Source: Phoronis australis (lineage: Eukaryota > Animalia > Phoronida). From it: DNA of 57,824 nt. The notes below the pieces were generated by a model. The model was not told the DNA's origin and ran no database searches. It saw nothing but the letters and a program-made list of their open reading frames with translations. A program made the position numbers and the translations under genes. Location: the NCBI GenBank assembly GCA_002633005.1, contig NMRA01000071.1:888970-946793 (forward strand), given 5' to 3'. How positions within the stretch are numbered: position 1 is the first letter of the stretch; the number at the start of each line of letters is the position of its first letter. This document shows positions 56,137 to 57,824 of this stretch, in pieces.

Positions 56137-57824
56137 CTGTAAAGGGACAGCCTAGTCTTTCATACTCAGTTGCACAAGCCTTATGGAAATGCTTCGTTTA
56201 AGTAAATTTGAAGGTAGATTGTAGGCATGGTTTTGTTACCACTATAGACAGAATTTGTACTGAATGACCCAAAGAATAAAGTCTCAATTGTATCTGGACC
56301 CTTAATGCTCAACCCCACTCTACAAAAGGATACCAAACCCAGATTTGGCCTATTAAAGAATACTAAACACGACATTTTCATCCAGTTCCCTGAAACAAAA
56401 TAATGCCATGTAATGCACGGCAACCCTCAGAAATATAGAAGAAATTTTGAAAACTCTTGTCCAAGTCTGCTAAATGGGCAAGCTTGACCTATGCGTCGAG
56501 GGAACTATACGGCAGCTGTGGGAAATAATCACCCAGCAAGGATCACAGTGCCTAATATATGAGATGGGAAGTATGAGTTTTCATTTTTTGCTGCCTTAAT
56601 CTTTCAAGAATGACGACGGTGATGGATTACCAGGTGACGACAGAACGAGGATACACAGATATCATCTAAACAGGCTTTAGTATCATCTTAACTTCCCGGA
56701 CGTTCAAACGCTAACTAACAAAGCTTTCGTCTCCCTGGTTCCCTGCGTGCCGCTAGGTGGTCAGTAGCCAGCACGCAGGTATCACTTAATTTTCCTCGCG
56801 AACGTTTTTTACACCGGCGTTTCTGATTGACTAGTCGAATTCTCAACAGGCAGCGCTTTTCGCAAACAAATTGGACTGACTGAGGGACTGAGTGGTCTGA
56901 TGTACAGAAAAATAAATTGGTGCTTAAAAATTATGTTCATGAAATGTGAATCCTAGAAATTGTGATTGCGCCTTTTCGGAGTGCATCTTTCTACTGTCGA
57001 TGACTATTGTTTACGATACTGTCCTGTATTCATACTGTATGAATAGCAAACTGGTTAAATCGGCCAGATACCGGTATGTTGTTATTGTACATGTATGTGC
57101 TTTACGTACGCGGTTATAAACATCACTGCAGAAACGAAAGAGTTACTGAGACGCCACTTGCATGACAAGGCTAAAAATCGTTCACGTTCCGCCAATTTTT
57201 CAGAGTGTTGTAAAGCTAACCAATGGGGCTATTCGGAGAATTCTCCTCGCGGTGTCGCTGCTGTACTAGTGGTGATTGAATTGCGCATGCCTGGCTGTCT
57301 GCATGTAAACAACTGGTAAAAGATGGAATTTTTATCAAAATACGTCGTCGTGCTAAGCCTTATTACTGCTAATTTCCCTGGTGCAAGTCTTCGGCAGGTG
57401 GCCACAAATTCCCAAAAGACCTAAGGTTACTATATTCGTGGACAATTGCGGTCAACGGGGTCAACTAACTGACAAAAAGTGTGTGGATGCTGAAGCCCCG
57501 TGTGTGTTCTATGATTAAGCAGTTCCATTCGGAGACTACACAACATTACTTGGTAAGTTTTTAGCAATCAGTTTCTATCAACATCGTTCGGTGATGTTAT
57601 CCCCACCAGTTACCCCACTGAATAACAGTTTTATTGAGTGGAACTAAGTGTTTCTTTTTGGAAACTCACCCGATGCCGGGTAGGCTAGCAGCACATATTC
57701 ATATTGTCCTGGGTGGGAGTGCTCCCAAAATAAGAGGTGTATGGTACGTGATGCACAGAAGTCAAGAGTGACTTTTTCACAGCAGTTTCTCTTCAAAACT
57801 ATGCTGTTTCCAATAAAATTCTCT

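Noticed and set aside
57670-57803. Candidate upstream exon of the EGF gene on the - strand (open frame ending in phase 1 at a gtgagt donor)
   Set aside because: It is phase-compatible, but the peptide (IVLKRNCCEKVTLDFCAS...) has no recognisable domain or signal peptide, so it cannot be supported without RNA data.

Overview
Eukaryotic, intron-rich, AT-rich DNA, most likely from a marine invertebrate (inferred from the gene and transposon content). It holds two convergent multi-exon genes that the ORF track mostly misses and that I spliced by hand from GT-AG sites. (1) On the + strand (990-24911, 17 exons, 5' end outside the window) is a DEG/ENaC sodium-channel subunit. Its channel core is joined in one phase-consistent reading frame to at least 359 aa of Ser/Thr-rich mucin-like segments plus two PAN/Apple domains, followed by two micro-exons that each encode a furin-type site (RRRRR/S and RDKR/D). 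This apparent mucin-PAN-tethered, protease-cleavable DEG/ENaC is the most unusual object in the window. (2) On the - strand (56136-34834, 12 exons, 5' end unresolved) is a type I membrane protein with many EGF-like repeats (MEGF10/SREC/Draper-like). It includes five paralogous 231-237 nt phase-1 exons, a TM helix and a long, internally repeated tail. Introns and the intergenic region carry Academ-like DNA transposons, Kolobok elements (one with THAP and KolX/P2X7-ballast-like remnants, nested in an Academ copy), Penelope-like and CR1/L2-like remnants, MITEs with 5-bp TSDs and many minisatellites. All gene models are inferred from sequence alone and need RNA evidence.
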